From contig JAAOMT010000009.1 of the NCBI GenBank assembly GCA_016748015.1, forward strand, positions 1,964,150-2,028,149: 64,000 nt of DNA, written 5' to 3'. Positions 25,662 to 39,942 of the stretch are shown here, piece by piece (within the stretch, counting starts at the first letter, position 1; the number at the start of each line of letters is the position of its first letter). The translations under genes were made by a program, and so were the position numbers. The notes beneath the pieces are model-generated. The model was not told where the DNA came from. It made no database searches and saw only the letters and a program-made list of their open reading frames with translations. Source of the stretch: Geosiphon pyriformis uo1 (taxonomy: Eukaryota; Fungi; Glomeromycota).

Positions 25662-28600
25662 GATATCGTGGTCGGGGTTTTCTTCTTTGGTGGAGTGGTT
25701 TCGTCTGTGAAAAGAAAAAGAAATGTTAAAAAATCTGGTCATTTTATTTATTTATTCGTCAGACTGATTTAAAATAGATAGGGTTTCATTTTACGAAAGG
25801 AGAACTTTGATGAAGTTGTTGCCGTGTTTAACGTGGGATTTTTGTTAAAATAGCACGACTAAAACTTACTTTCAAAATCAAACTTTCAATTAACAACTAG
25901 AAAATTACGTATGAAGAAAATTTGTAGGTGGCAAGACAGAATTTGATTAAATAATTTGATGTCGTATAATTGACATACTCTTCAAAGAAATACTGCACTA
26001 GAAAACGGAATGAAACTCCTTTTTGAAATTCCCATTATATCTGTGTTGTGTTACTTGAATTCAATGCGGTGAACAATTTTAATAGGTCCAATTATTATAA
26101 GTCTCATGCACCATTCGGGATGTAGCATTCGAATCTCAAATCTGATTGGCGACTTGCGATCATGTGTTTTTAAAAGTACGATTGACCAAGCTTTTCGGAA
26201 ACTTCCCAAGACAGAAAATTAGTCTCAATTCAAATGAAACTTGACTATATATAGAGACTAGAGAAGTTCCCATTAAAATGTGTGACGATGATTTTTAAGG
26301 AGCTCCATTTTCTTGCAATTTATAATTTATCATACATCGGAACAAAGCATGCTGCTTATTTAATCTGAAAAATTTTATTCAAAGTTTAAGCTCCACCAAA
26401 ATATGCGGATTTCAACAAAATCCTTAGAACTGTTAAATTTCGTAATTATTCAGAATCTAGATAGCAAAGAACCAAAGAGGTTTATTTCCAAAATGAAGAT
26501 TCTTGGCTCAAATTGTTGTAATCAAAAATTTTAAATTTCTGAATTATAGTTGAACCGATATTTGCAAAAGATTTGATGGATTTATACAAATAAAAAAGCC
26601 GAAATTTGAAATCACCCTCTTTTTAATTGTTTCTTACAAATAGAATTGTGATATATTTTTATGGTAAAGAAAAGGAATAAAATCCCTTTCTTTAAAGGGA
26701 GTCAATTGTGAAAAAGTTCAGATCGTAAAATTGATTGGGTTCTCAGTTTTCAAAGGTTTAGAACAGAATAGCGGATGTATTTAAATTTGAAACCTTGGCA
26801 GACCAAGAATTTTTTCGCAATTCATTTTTGTATTTTGCTCGAGTGATTTCCATAGTAAGATTGATATTAAAAAAATCGAGTACAACATTCCTTTTAGCAA
26901 AAAACTTTTTGATTTGGAAGTTTCCCAGTCATTTTTGATTACTTGTATTTAAATTTACTACGCTATTCAAAATAATGTCTGCTTTCACATAGCACCAGCC
27001 TTAACTGTATAGATTAGGCTAACATATATCTCCAAATGCTACTCAGGTGACAGAATTATAATCATTACCCTCTCAAGCTCACCACCTTTCGACAGCTGAA
27101 ATATGGTCCACAAACACTGGAAATATATAATAAAAAAATAAAATAAGTTCATATTTAATAAATTTATTTTTTCAAAAAATTATTAAATTATAAATTTGAA
27201 AAATAAGTTAAAAATAGTTTATTAAAAAAATTATAAATATTAGCTGTTAAATTTTATTGATGAAATAAATATATATATATATATATTTCAAATAAAGAAA
27301 TTATTATATATTTAATTTAAAATTGGATTAACAATTAAATTAAAAAGTGGATTAACAATTAAATTGGATTAATGATTTAATTATTAATTGAATTAATATA
27401 TAAAATAAAATTTTTTAATTATATAAAATAAAATTATAATAAATATATAAGCAAAACAATTAAGTTAAATAATTTAAAAATTAAATAAAAGTTTAAGTAA
27501 AAACCAAACAAAAAAACAATTAAATATTTTTATTCATAAATATGCTCATTATTTTTTATTGTTTCTATAATTTAGTTTTATTTGTGAAAAATTAAACTTA
27601 TTGAATAAACCTTAAAGTTTTAACAATTGTAAAAACTATAACCAGTATTAACTACATTTTTTAATTTTAAAAAATATGACAAAATGTCAAAACCTGTTAA
27701 AATATCAATATATTTTTTTTATAATATAATTAATTAAGATGTAAAATTGAATTTATTATCATAATCAAAACTTTCAATATTTGCTAATTATATTTATATT
27801 TTTATTTAAATTTAATTTATTAAAAATTTTTTTAATAATATTAACATCGTCTTTAATTAAAAAAGTTGTTAAAGTTTCTTGTGAATTTGAAACATTACTT
27901 AAAGAAAAAAATTAATATTGTTATTTTCTGGTTCAATAAATATAGTACCATTTAAACATTTTTTTTATGAAGTAATAGTTTGAAAATATTTTCTTCATAA
28001 AATTCAAGTTTATGTTTGATATTTAAAATATAATAAAAATGTATATGTGCTATAAATTTTGTACATTTTATGTAAAGAATTGAATATTAATTTTCATAAA
28101 ACTATCAAAAAATAGACCTATTGGACAAATTTATAAGTTTTAACAACTGTAATAATTATGATCAGTATTAATTTTATTTTTAAAATTTAAAAAACATGTC
28201 AAAATGTTAAAATTTTAATAGTAAAAAGTCTTAATAATTACAATTATTATTAATAATTAAAACTATTATCAATAATAAAAATTTATAAAGTTATTATATT
28301 AAAAAACCTTTATACAAAAAATACATAAGAAATATGACATTGAACATATTTTTTATAAAAATATGTTCAATGTCATATTTATATAGAATTTAAAATTTTC
28401 TTATATTCTACAAATATATATATTAATATATATTATAGTTTTCTGTATACATTTTAATTATTACATATATGCTTTACAATTTTTTAATATATTCTAAGCA
28501 AATACCAAATAAAAATTTTATATTTCTTATATATTTTTAATATACATTCTACTGTATAAAATTTTTAATAAATTTATAATTACTAGTTGAATAAGGTAAA

Positions 28601-29366
28601 TTTTTCCTAAGCAAAATTCAATAGATAAATTAGTAGAAGTGAAGATAAAAATATAGATTAAAGTTTATTTAAAAAACTAAACAATTACATCTTTTATTTA
28701 ATCAAATAAAAACCAATGTATTAAAAAATCAGAAAAAATAATTTCATGTCAAGATTTTTTATTAACATGCTTTTGACATTTTGATAGAGTTTTTAGTATT
28801 TACATAGTTTTACCTTTTGACAAGATTTCCCCATATTACCAGAGAGGTTTTCCGTTACGCAAAATAGTAAAAACCCTTTTACTAATGACGAAACCCTTTT
28901 TCATATGCCAAGAAGTTTCTTCGACAGCTCTATTTAAAATATGATAGGGCCAAATAAAATTTATAATAAATTTACTAATAAATTAGCAAAAGCAAAAACT
29001 TTTCATAATATTTTGCTAATATCCATCTTTTTTGTTACTATCCAAAAATTTAATTTCTATTTGATCAAAACTAAATATATAAAGTCTACACATTTGTTAA
29101 GAACTCAATCCAAGAAAGTTATGTTTCAATATTATTAAAAAACTGATTTTTACATAATTCAAATTTCTTTTGTTTTGATAAAAATTTTCATTGTAGTTCA
29201 TAATATTTTGTAACATCAATTGTATCAAAAGAAAAAATATGTCATTTTTGCTTCATTTAATAGTAGCTTTAAATTTAAACTTTTTTTTCCTACCCAACGG
29301 ATTAAAGTTGTTTAAAAAACAAAGAACAAATCAGAGATATGAAGATCAAAAATTGGTAATAAAGAG

Positions 29367-30797
29367 ATGAGAAATATGAATTCGAATTTTAAAAGTTTTC
29401 AAGGAAATAAAATGATTTCAAATCAATTTCTCAAGAATGATAAAATATTTGATACAAAAATTCAAACCCTATTTTCTACTGGTATTTTGGTAGTTTTCTC
29501 CTTTATTTTTGTAGCTACAACTATAATTTCATTTCCTTTTACAAATAATTGCGTGACTAATAAATTTCCAATAGATTTTCAAACTATCCCCGAATTTTCT
29601 AATATTGATAATATAGGACATGAGAAGATATCGTCAAACTTTTCAAATTTAAATAATTCAAAAAGAGATTTGCCAAAATCTAATTTAAGCATTTCTCGAC
29701 AACGACGTTCAATAAAATCTGACTCTTTAACAAATCCCCAACCATTAAAAAGTTTAGTTAAAAACAAAAGACTTTTAAAAGATTTCAAAAATTTTGCTCA
29801 TTATGGGCAAAAAGCCGATTGTCTGCATGAGGATGAACATCTAATGACCCCAGCAGGGGCTAAAGATCTCGTTTATGGTATAACAAATAAGTGAATTCTA
29901 TTTTTCAATATTTTCTGTTTCACTATTTCATTTTTACCTATTTTTCTTATCTCGCAATTCAGCCAATGTAGTTCTAGTTAACGGAACTATCATTTTATAT
30001 TTTAAAGCAAAAGAGGCTAAGAAACAAGAATGGATAGAATGGCCAAAAAGTTTGATTCAATATGGTAGCCCAGGAGATGGTAATGTAGATTTTTTAATGT
30101 GGACTATTTTCGAAAGCACGCGTCAAAAAGTTTCGCTCATGATTATGCCATTTCTGAAGAAGAATTCAAAAATCAGGATTGTTGGGCATGGTGTTGGTGG
30201 TGGTAGGATAAAATTGGTTGAAATCTGATAATTTTATTTCGATAATATTCATTTAAATTATTATTTTAATTCATTTAAAATATATTATAGTTTATGGGGT
30301 ATTCATGGCTTTGGAAATTCAAAAACAAACACAGGTTCAAAAAGATATAGCTGTCTTCACTTTTGGATCTCCTCGTATGGGAGATCGGTTGTTTGCTAAA
30401 TACGTAAATCGACAAATCAAAAAGGTTTATCGAATTACTTATCATGACGATTACGTTCCACAATTTCCAACAACCGTTGACATGAAAGGATACTGGCATC
30501 ACGATACAGAGTATTGGATCGCACCACAATGTGAGTGTGATTCAATTGAGTTATTCGAATGTCATGGTAATTGGGTTGGAAATCAGCAGTATGGGTATTC
30601 CAATGAGTCTAAGGTAGGTTTTTCGGGGTGGGGGATTTCTGTATTTTAGGGATATAATTCATAATGATGACTCTTGTTTTGATGAAATTTTTTTTTAGGA
30701 TTGTAATCAATTGATACCAAATTTATTTGGGGACAAAGAGTTAACTCATTATGGGCCTTATTTTGGGCTTATGATGGTATGTCAAGCAAATTTTTAA
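29367..30797 (+). CDS. Class 3 lipase-like protein lacking the nucleophile Ser, 4 exons
   Basis: VGHGVGG in place of GHSxGG; TFGSPRMG, RITYHDDYVPQFP, YWHHDTEYWI, HYGPYFG; N-terminal hydrophobic segment and KR/RQRR sites. Confidence 0.85.
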
Positions 30798-32535
30798 AAA
30801 TAATAATGTTCAATATATCGAATTTAAAATATGAAAATGGTGGAAAAAGACGAAATATTTTGCATTGTGGGACAAATAAATAATTGTTTTTACATTATTA
30901 TGCAATCATTTGATGAATGTCACCCCAAGCAAATAAAATTTGGGAATCAAAGAATTTAATCTCACCAACCTATCCAACACAAAACCATCTGAATAGTTTA
31001 TAAAAAGGAAACCATTTATGAATATCAGTCATGAAAAAATATTTTTTATTTGTTAATTTTAAAACCAAATCAATTTGTTGCTCATGTTTCATTATAATTT
31101 CCCTTAAGAGTATGTGAAAAAAAAAAAACGATAATCAGAAATATACCTTATCATCATTAAATATAAACCTTAAATTAATTTTATTTTTTAATTAAATTAA
31201 GAAATATGCTATTCTATTTAATTTTTTGTACAAAGAAGAATTATTGAAATTTGTCACGTTTTGAAAATTGCTTTTAAAAAATTTATTCTTTTTAAATTTT
31301 GAAAATAATTTCATTCAAAAATCTAATTCATTTCGTAGGATCTAATGTGTATAAACTTTCTCAAGCAAATTGATTTATCTATGAAATATTTTAAAATATT
31401 TAAATAATATTTAGTTTATAAATTAATAAAATAATTGTATAAACAACATAACTGTAAAAAATTTTAATAAAAAAGAATTAATAAAGTATGTGGGAATGAT
31501 TTCATCATTTTGAATATTTTTTTCAAGTAAAAATTTATTATTCTAACGAGAAAAAACAAACTTCAAATGTGATCAATATTTTCTAAAATAATCGCAGATA
31601 CATTCGTTTATAGTCTTAGCTAATTGGGTTGAAACTATAAAAAAAAAATTTCAAATTTCTTGTGTGTATGGGAAATTTTCATAATGATATTTTTTTCCCT
31701 GACATTTAATTAATATGAAACATGAAAACACAAAAAAATTTTTTTATCATATTATCAGTTAAGTTATAGTCATCTGCTCCAGTAGTGCCAGTATCCTTAT
31801 TCGCCTTAGCTAACAAAGCAGTTCATTTTCATGTTCCTTAAGTGTCATAAACCATTGTTTGATATGTTATCGAATGAGTCAAAGTGAATTAAAATCTTTT
31901 AGATTCAAGGATTTCATGATAATCAATTATATCCAAAAAAAGAAAAAAAAAACTTGAAAATATTTTCTCCTTTTTAAATTTACTAACTAAGTTCGAATTG
32001 TTTTTGAGTTAACTTTCAAAAGTTTAAAACTAAAAGGAATAATTTTATATTTAATCTTTTTCTTTTTTCTTTTTTCTTTTTTCTTTTTTCATCTGGGCGA
32101 TCACAACCTAACAATGTTAAAGTATTTATGATGTTGATTCTCTCATGAAAATTTATTTATTATTTATAATGTCCTATGTTCATAATTTAATAGGGAATTA
32201 AAAAGATCGGAAAAATCAAAAACTTAATTAAATCCATTTATCAGGAAAATGAATGATCTTTTATTTAGTCAATAATATTAGCCTTTTATTATATATATCA
32301 TTTTTGAGTTTTTCCTCATACAATAAAAAGGTCAAGTTTTATGTGTATAATTTGAAAAAAGTTACACGATTTCATCCCTAGTGTATATAGTTTTTTAGTC
32401 ACACGAGGTACTTTAGGAAATTCTGATTGTCTGCAGTACATTGTAACTTGTTTAAGTTGTCAAGACATGTGAGTGCGTGCTTGTTTTGCACTAGCCTTAT
32501 TAAATTGAGTTGGGGATTTTTTAGCCAGTAGTAGT

Positions 32536-32541
<6 letters not shown>

Positions 32542-32569
<28 letters not shown>
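32542..32569. repeat. (CT)n microsatellite
   Basis: Directly visible. Confidence 0.9.
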
Positions 32570-32571
<2 letters not shown>

Positions 32572-33121
32572 ACCAGCAAAATTCTTCTTTATGAGATGAC
32601 AGACAACTGTGATATAAAATATTTAAAGGTTATTAAAATTAGTGCTGAAAAGAGATTTTAAAAAACTTGGTGCAAGATAATTTTCATTTCTTTAAAAAAT
32701 ATCATTTTCGTTAAAATTTTATTCATTAATTTTTTAAAATCCTCTTTTCAACTTTTACCTCTTATACCGTTCCCAATCTTTTTTAAAGCCGAATGAATTT
32801 CTTTATTTTTAATAATAAAAAAAGAAATTTTTAATTTTGGGAAATTAAATAATTTATGGTAAAATCCTGAGACCATGTACCAAAAAAAAAAAAGCTGTGC
32901 CAAATTGATTCATGAATTTTTTTGTGATAGACAGTCATTCTAGCTGATTTATTTACGATTAAAACATATCTTTACATTAACCAGAAAAATGAAGAGTCTT
33001 TTCTTTCATTCAAGCCGTTTATTTGTTATTGTAGAAATGGCAAAAAATTATGATTGGCATTCGTACATAGTGTGACTTGTTTCAATATCAGACAAAGAAC
33101 CATAAAAGCGTTATACTTTGT

Positions 33122-33122
<1 letters not shown>

Positions 33123-33200
<78 letters not shown>
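33123..33200. repeat. 78-nt poly(A) tract
   Basis: Directly visible. Confidence 0.95.
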
Positions 33201-33201
<1 letters not shown>

Positions 33202-34210
33202 AGTTTCAAAAAAAGAATCTTCAGGGATCTTGAATGCCGTTTCAATAAAGTTACACTTTTGAACAAGAAAAACTGCAATAATTTGATAAAAGCATTATAT
33301 TCTTAAAGAAAATGTAATCACTCTCTGTGTTTTCTGTACGTTCAATAATTTAAATGCATTTTGATCGCTACTTAAATTTATTATTAAGCTGCTGCAAATT
33401 ATAAAACACAGCCCACCATATACATTGATATGATCATAGCACACAAACCTGACAACTGTGAACCTGTAACCACCAGAGGAGTAGAAGGGATCATTGTCTC
33501 AGACAAAAAAAGAAATAACAAAAAAACGTGGAAATTATCAAAAAACTTTTTTGCTATTGGACTATCTCAAAAGATTAAAAAATCCCCGTACTTCCTCACA
33601 CAAATTAATAAAACTCTAAAAGAAAAAAAACAACACTCATATTCTACCTAATTAAGTATTACGAATATTTTTTTCTCTGTATATATAAGCTCAGACATTG
33701 ACTTACCTTGTATTGAAAAAAAAAAAACGCAACTTTCTCATTTCAATCAATCCGACTAAATTCGGGTAAAAGCTTTTACTGCAATCATTTAGAAAAAGGT
33801 CTTGAATAAAAAGTGTTTATACCTTTTTTTCTCATTGTTTCCCTATCGATAGATTTCAAGTATTAACTCTATTATATCTTTAAAAAGTCTTTTTCCAATT
33901 TCTTTTCTTTTATTGGACCTGTCACTAAGTATATACTTGACGTACTATACGAAAATAAGTAAAAGACCCTAACACGATTTTTCTATATTACCCCTTTCTC
34001 TTTTCTGGTATTAAAACTACCCTTTCCTTTGTTCCTTGTACAAAAAAAAATATTTTCGAAATCGAAACGATACGCGTTTAAACCATTTAGAAAAAATACA
34101 AGAAATACACACATAGAAATAGATATAGACATAAACATAGAAATAGAAATAGACATAGAAATACATCTCCATAAAAAGTATTCGTTATTTCTCAAAAAAA
34201 CTTCCATAAA

Positions 34211-35575
34211 ATGTTAACTTCCAAAACTAACTCACCAACAATTTCAAACAACGATCAAAATAAGGGTCCAGAATACGCTACCCTAATGTTATCTCGTCTC
34301 CAATTGCCACATACAAATTCAGAATCACCACAAATATCGAACTCAGGTTCTTACACAACCTTACCCTCTTCATCATCTTCAGGATCCTCAAAACCTCGTC
34401 AAATTGCTCCGGCTCCAGTTTCACCGATTAAAAAATCTGATTATGATATCTACCACGTTCCACGAGGTTTTGAAGTGGTCTTGGTTCCGAAAGGAAGTGC
34501 TAATAACTCTGCTTCAGCCGCTGCCATACCAATTAATCCAATCTCTCCAGTTTCATCATCATCATCAGACACAACAAAGCCAATAAAAATTCCAACTAAT
34601 AACTCTAAAAATTCACTCACGAGCTCGTGGCGTAGACGTAAAGACAGCGGTCACATTCCTCGTCCTAAAAATTGTTTCATGGCCTACCGAGAGCAAATTC
34701 AACATGACGTGTTAAAAAAGCATCCTGGGCTAAATAATAAAATTGTCTCAGTTATGGCTGCTCAATCTTGGAATGGTGAGTCTGAGGATGTAAAACAACA
34801 TTGGCGTGAGGTGGCAAAAAAGCTAAAAGCAGAACATCAAATGAAATATCCAAATTATAAATTCGCCCCTAAAAAGAAACCTGGAAAAACTGTTGGAAAT
34901 GTAATCAGCAAATCAAACACGTCATCAATGAATTCATCATTGCGAAATGATAATCATAACTTTTTAAAACCTGATGATAGATCACACCAGTTTTCACAAA
35001 CTCTGCTTCATGCCGACGCTTCAATTTCCAGTCATTATCGTACACCATCCGCTGAATCTTCTGCATCATGGACAAGTGATTCTTCTACGAATACAAATTC
35101 AGCATTAGAATATTCTAGTCCAAGATCATATTCACCTCCATTGTTTGATGTCGAACATTTTCATCGATCCCCATCACCTCTCCGTTTTGAGTCTAGTAGC
35201 TCACAACAGCCTTCATCAACTAGCACAACACCACCACTTCATAATCAACAACTAAAATCTGGTTTCACTTCTCCAGCGACATCATTTACAGATCAATTAT
35301 ATCATTCAAATTTTGATCTTGAAATGTCAGAGTTGCATCTTGAGCAGTTTATCGATACGATGGATTATGAGAGTCATAGTTCAATTGAAAATGAATTTGG
35401 ATATCAAGACGAACTCCCTTATAGCGGATTCCTTAATCCATCAAGCTCTGCACAACCTTTACTGACAGCTCCACTTGCACTTAATGCTTTGCAAGGAGCG
35501 CATCATCATAATCGTCATAATAATAATAATAATAATAATAATCAACAACAAATTCATAACAATAATTGGTTGTAA
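34211..35575 (+). CDS. MATA-type/ROX1-like HMG-box transcription factor, intronless
   Basis: HIPRPKNCFMAYR...NNKIVS...W..ESEDVKQHW...KAEHQMKYPNYKFAP flanked by Ser-rich disordered sequence. Confidence 0.92.
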   Translation: MLTSKTNSPTISNNDQNKGPEYATLMLSRLQLPHTNSESPQISNSGSYTTLPSSSSSGSSKPRQIAPAPVSPIKKSDYDIYHVPRGFEVVLVPKGSANNSASAAAIPINPISPVSSSSSDTTKPIKIPTNNSKNSLTSSWRRRKDSGHIPRPKNCFMAYREQIQHDVLKKHPGLNNKIVSVMAAQSWNGESEDVKQHWREVAKKLKAEHQMKYPNYKFAPKKKPGKTVGNVISKSNTSSMNSSLRNDNHNFLKPDDRSHQFSQTLLHADASISSHYRTPSAESSASWTSDSSTNTNSALEYSSPRSYSPPLFDVEHFHRSPSPLRFESSSSQQPSSTSTTPPLHNQQLKSGFTSPATSFTDQLYHSNFDLEMSELHLEQFIDTMDYESHSSIENEFGYQDELPYSGFLNPSSSAQPLLTAPLALNALQGAHHHNRHNNNNNNNNQQQIHNNNWL

Positions 35576-35752
35576 AACTATCTAGGATCTCTTTGAAAAA
35601 AAGACATTTATTAAACAAGAAATTGAGCATTGGTAAATCCTAAAAATTCCCCGAAATTCAGACATTCATAGTATTACATTTATTTTTTGCGTTAGTTTTG
35701 ATTTTTACATATTGATATCATATTCCATATTGCATTTAATTTCATCAGCATT

Positions 35753-37120
35753 TTTTCATTTGACACATTGTAATTTCTCTTTCATTCCAAAATCATACAT
35801 ACATACATAGATACATACATAGATACATACATACATACATACATACATACATTCGTTCATACATTCATACATACATACATACATCATCTTGCGTAGGCAT
35901 TTTTTTCTCTACGAAAAAGCAATTAGCACCGCATTTTTCATGAACAAAGAACATTTGGTGTTTAGCAAGACCCTGTTTCTAAATTTTGTTAAATCTAAAC
36001 TTTTTTTAATAGGAATTTTTTTTTTGTGATAAACAAATTATTATTTTTCAAGTACACCCACTATTAAGTTTAGTTCAAAGGTAAATGATTCAAGATTAAA
36101 TAAATATAACATCTGAAAATTACTAAAAATGGAAGCTAAATGACTTACTTAAACAGGAAAACAGATCAACTTTTAATCTATTAGTTAATTGTGTTTCTTT
36201 GTGAAATCTCTACAAAGTTTACTTGGTTACTTAATTCGCCTTGTTAGTAATTTTTGCATTGCATCTAATCATCCTGTGGTACAGTGTAACCGAGTATATT
36301 ATTCGGGAAATGAAAAAAACGTGGTGTCAAGGATGGAAGATCCAAAGATCATTTATTGGATAACCATTTAAAGTTGTCAAAAAAGAATTAGGGTTTTTTG
36401 TTTCAAATTTTCAAATTCTTTGTCTCNNNNNNNNNNNNNNNNNNNNTTTTCATTTGACACATTGTAATTTCTCTTTCATTCCAAAATCATACATACATAC
36501 ATAGATACATACATAGATACATACATACATACATACATACATACATTCGTTCATACATTCATACATACATACATACATCATCTTGCGTAGGCATTTTTTT
36601 CTCTACGAAAAAGCAATTAGCACCGCATTTTTCATGAACAAAGAACATTTGGTGTTTAGCAAGACCCTGTTTCTAAATTTTGTTAAATCTAAACTTTTTT
36701 TAATAGGAATTTTTTTTTTGTGATAAACAAATTATTATTTTTCAAGTACACCCACTATTAAGTTTAGTTCAAAGGTAAATGATTCAAGATTAAATAAATA
36801 TAACATCTGAAAATTACTAAAAATGGAAGCTAAATGACTTACTTAAACAGGAAAACAGATCAACTTTTAATCTATTAGTTAATTGTGTTTCTTTGTGAAA
36901 TCTCTACAAAGTTTACTTGGTTACTTAATTCGCCTTGTTAGTAATTTTTGCATTGCATCTAATCATCCTGTGGTACAGTGTAACCGAGTATATTATTCGG
37001 GAAATGAAAAAAACGTGGTGTCAAGGATGGAAGATCCAAAGATCATTTATTGGATAACCATTTAAAGTTGTCAAAAAAGAATTAGGGTTTTTTGTTTCAA
37101 ATTTTCAAATTCTTTGTCTC
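35753..37120. other. 674-bp exact duplication flanking a 20-N scaffold gap (36427-36446), likely an assembly artefact
   Basis: 35753-36426 equals 36447-37120, with boundaries exactly at the gap. Confidence 0.88.
35794..35885. repeat. (TACA)n microsatellite downstream of the HMG gene
   Basis: Directly visible; repeated at 36488-36579. Confidence 0.85.
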
Positions 37121-39942
37121 TGAAAGTGACTAAATTTTACAATAAATAAATTCCAAACATTAAAGAAAAACTTGTATTCAATAATTGAAATCTGAGTACT
37201 TTTTTTTTACGATAAAATCTATTAATGTAGAAATGAAACAAAGATGTCTTTCAAATTACATAAAAACTTTATTAATATTAGTTGCACTAACGGGTATACT
37301 TATAAATAAAATTAGGAATTTTTGAATAATATACATTTCAAAAAGAGAAAAAGCCGAATTTTTTCTTTGTTCATTTCATTTTTGGTATATCATATTTTAT
37401 TTGGACGTTACATTTTAAAAGTTTACGAAATATACGTATTTCACTAATTTTGGACTTTTGATAATATGAAACTTTTTGATGAAAATTAATCATTTAAAAT
37501 TTAATTGCGAGTTTCATTAAAGGTATCGGATTAAGAATACATTAAGTATGAGTCTCGTAGTATCAAAGAGCTTTCTCTTTCTAAAAAGTTTAATAATAAA
37601 TCTGCTACACTTTATTTTATTATGACAGAAAAGTGATTTCTCCACAATTTGCACTTATATAGATATGCAGCTTTTTTACCTTTAAAATTCTGAACAAGGA
37701 AAAATCTAGATTTATCTTGTAACGTTGAGCACGGCATGCATTGAAAAAATATTCCTGCTCTTTGATTAAAGATGATCTCCTATCTACTCTTTACATGACT
37801 TTCTTTGTCATCTTTGAATGCATGCGTACAGATCAACACTACCTTTGAATGCGCGAAATCCGGTGCTTATAGCTTCAAAGTACATTTTTCAGAAAGAGTA
37901 GTTTAAATAAATTACTGTTATAAGTTAATATGACTGTATGACTAAGCCTCAGCTAAATGGTTTGAAATTTTGAAAACAAAATGTTTGAAGGTGATTGTAA
38001 AGTTTAAAATAAAAAGCTTCCTATAATTCTGGATTTGAGTAATAAGAGTTCAATTGTAATAGAACGAAACACGAGCATTACTTTGTTAAAATAAATATTT
38101 TTGATGCACGCAATCTTAAAAAGAAATTAAATTTAGGGAAATAATGCTAGCATGCACGATAAAGCTCTCCAAATCGCAACCATTTTATAATCAAGACTGT
38201 GTGACTGGGGGTAATATAACTTTGTTCTTAGAATTATTCAGAGACTTTCTACTTTTAATGCCGAATAAATAAATTGAAATCAGAGAAATTAGTTTTCTGA
38301 AGTAGATTATTCACTAGTGGATTCTATCTTAAAAAGAAGTATTGAAATAAAGCAATTTAGCAAAAAAAAAAATTCAAATTTAAACACAACTAATTATATA
38401 ATTTATTATTATGAAATTTGATATTTGAAGGGTTTTTTTATTATATAAAATTCTGGTAATTATTTGGTTCGATTTTTTAGCTTTTTTACAATTACAATAA
38501 TTATTTTTACAGTTTCCTTTACAATCGCATAAAACTGTTTTATATAAAAAAATAAATATATTTGGTATCTTTTGTGATTATGAAAAATTAGTAGTCTTTG
38601 TAAGCATTAATTTTTTCACATGATAAAAATTATTTAAAATTTCTGACTTGCATTCTAATCTTTAAAGTTTAAAGATAAAATTACAACTGATTACAGCTAT
38701 TTGATTTGGAATTACAACTGTGTAAAAATTCATATCATTTTGCATATGAAAAGTTTTTTATTAATATCTAAATGATCAATATTTAGAATTTCAATTTGCA
38801 CAAAAATCTCAATTTCCTAAAATATAATTTATTTTGTAATTTCTAATAAATAATTTAATATATTATGAAATTTTTTGAGTTCTTCTAGAATATTTTAAAT
38901 TTTTTATAAGACAGCCTTTAAAATATACTAAACTCATTCTTTGAATCATAAATAGTGAAGTTCTACACTGGGATTGGAATATAAAAATTCTTTATTAAAA
39001 AAAAGTATTAACGTAATATAAATATAAATTCAAATAATATGCATATAGAATATAATTTTTGACAATACACATTATTTAACTGACTCATTTAATCTTTTTT
39101 CAAAAAATCATTGCCAGTTTCTGTAACTCTAAATTTACTAAAGATCAAGAACTGATTCTAGGAGGATGGCTGAAAATTATATGCTCTTTACACATTCATC
39201 CTGATACATAATTTATAATATGATGCTCTTATTTGTAAAAAAAAAACTGACAATATAATAGTTTTTAAAATTTCTTTGTTTTGACGAATAATAAATTAAA
39301 ATGATATTTTCCTTATTCTCAGAAAGAAAAATAACTTAATTACCAAGAATATTAACATTTCATACAATTTATCATAATTTTGTTATACATATATTAGCAT
39401 AATGAGCCTGAAAGCTATAGCATTATTTTTATATTGGTGGAAAAAATTTTAAGAGACTGTGGTATTCTTATAATACAATAAAAGATTGTTTCTATCAATG
39501 ATAAAATTATAGGAGGGAAGAGATGCCAGTGTGATGCCGAAACACAAATACTTTCGAACATTAGATCAGACCCTGTAATCAAAGAAAGTAAGAAGAAAAC
39601 ATCTATTATACTAGAGTAATATTATTCATTATTAAAAAAAAATTCTAAAGATAATTCTTTATTTAAAACTTAGATTGAAAACACATTTAATGACTATATA
39701 GTAAAACTCAGGAGATTATCTTCAAATCAGTTATACTAAAAAAGTTTAGTTACCCCACCCTTTTATTCTTGTATTTACCTGAAATAGAAATGAATAATTT
39801 CTGATAAGCCCTTCAAGCAAATTTTATTTTACATATGACTAATTATAACAAGTAGAGGATAAAATTTTTATGTTAAATGTAATTTACTTTTGCCTTTAGC
39901 TTATTTATTGGTAATCCGCTATTGGTTACCAATAACGAATTA

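Noticed and set aside
27088-28929. TTCGACAGCT direct repeat as the TSD of a MULE-like insertion around an AT-rich block
   Set aside because: No convincing TIRs inside it; a 10-mer match can be chance.
33077-33306. Poly-Lys ORFs or a retroposed poly(A) tail
   Set aside because: Homopolymer artefact; no TSD or retroelement body recognised.
34211-35575. Mating-type locus
   Set aside because: MATA-HMG genes are a large family in these fungi, and none of the typical MAT neighbours (TPT, RNA helicase, homeodomain genes) is present.
35753-37120. Real tandem duplication or twin 60-aa genes
   Set aside because: Exact identity ending precisely at an N gap indicates an unmerged contig overlap.
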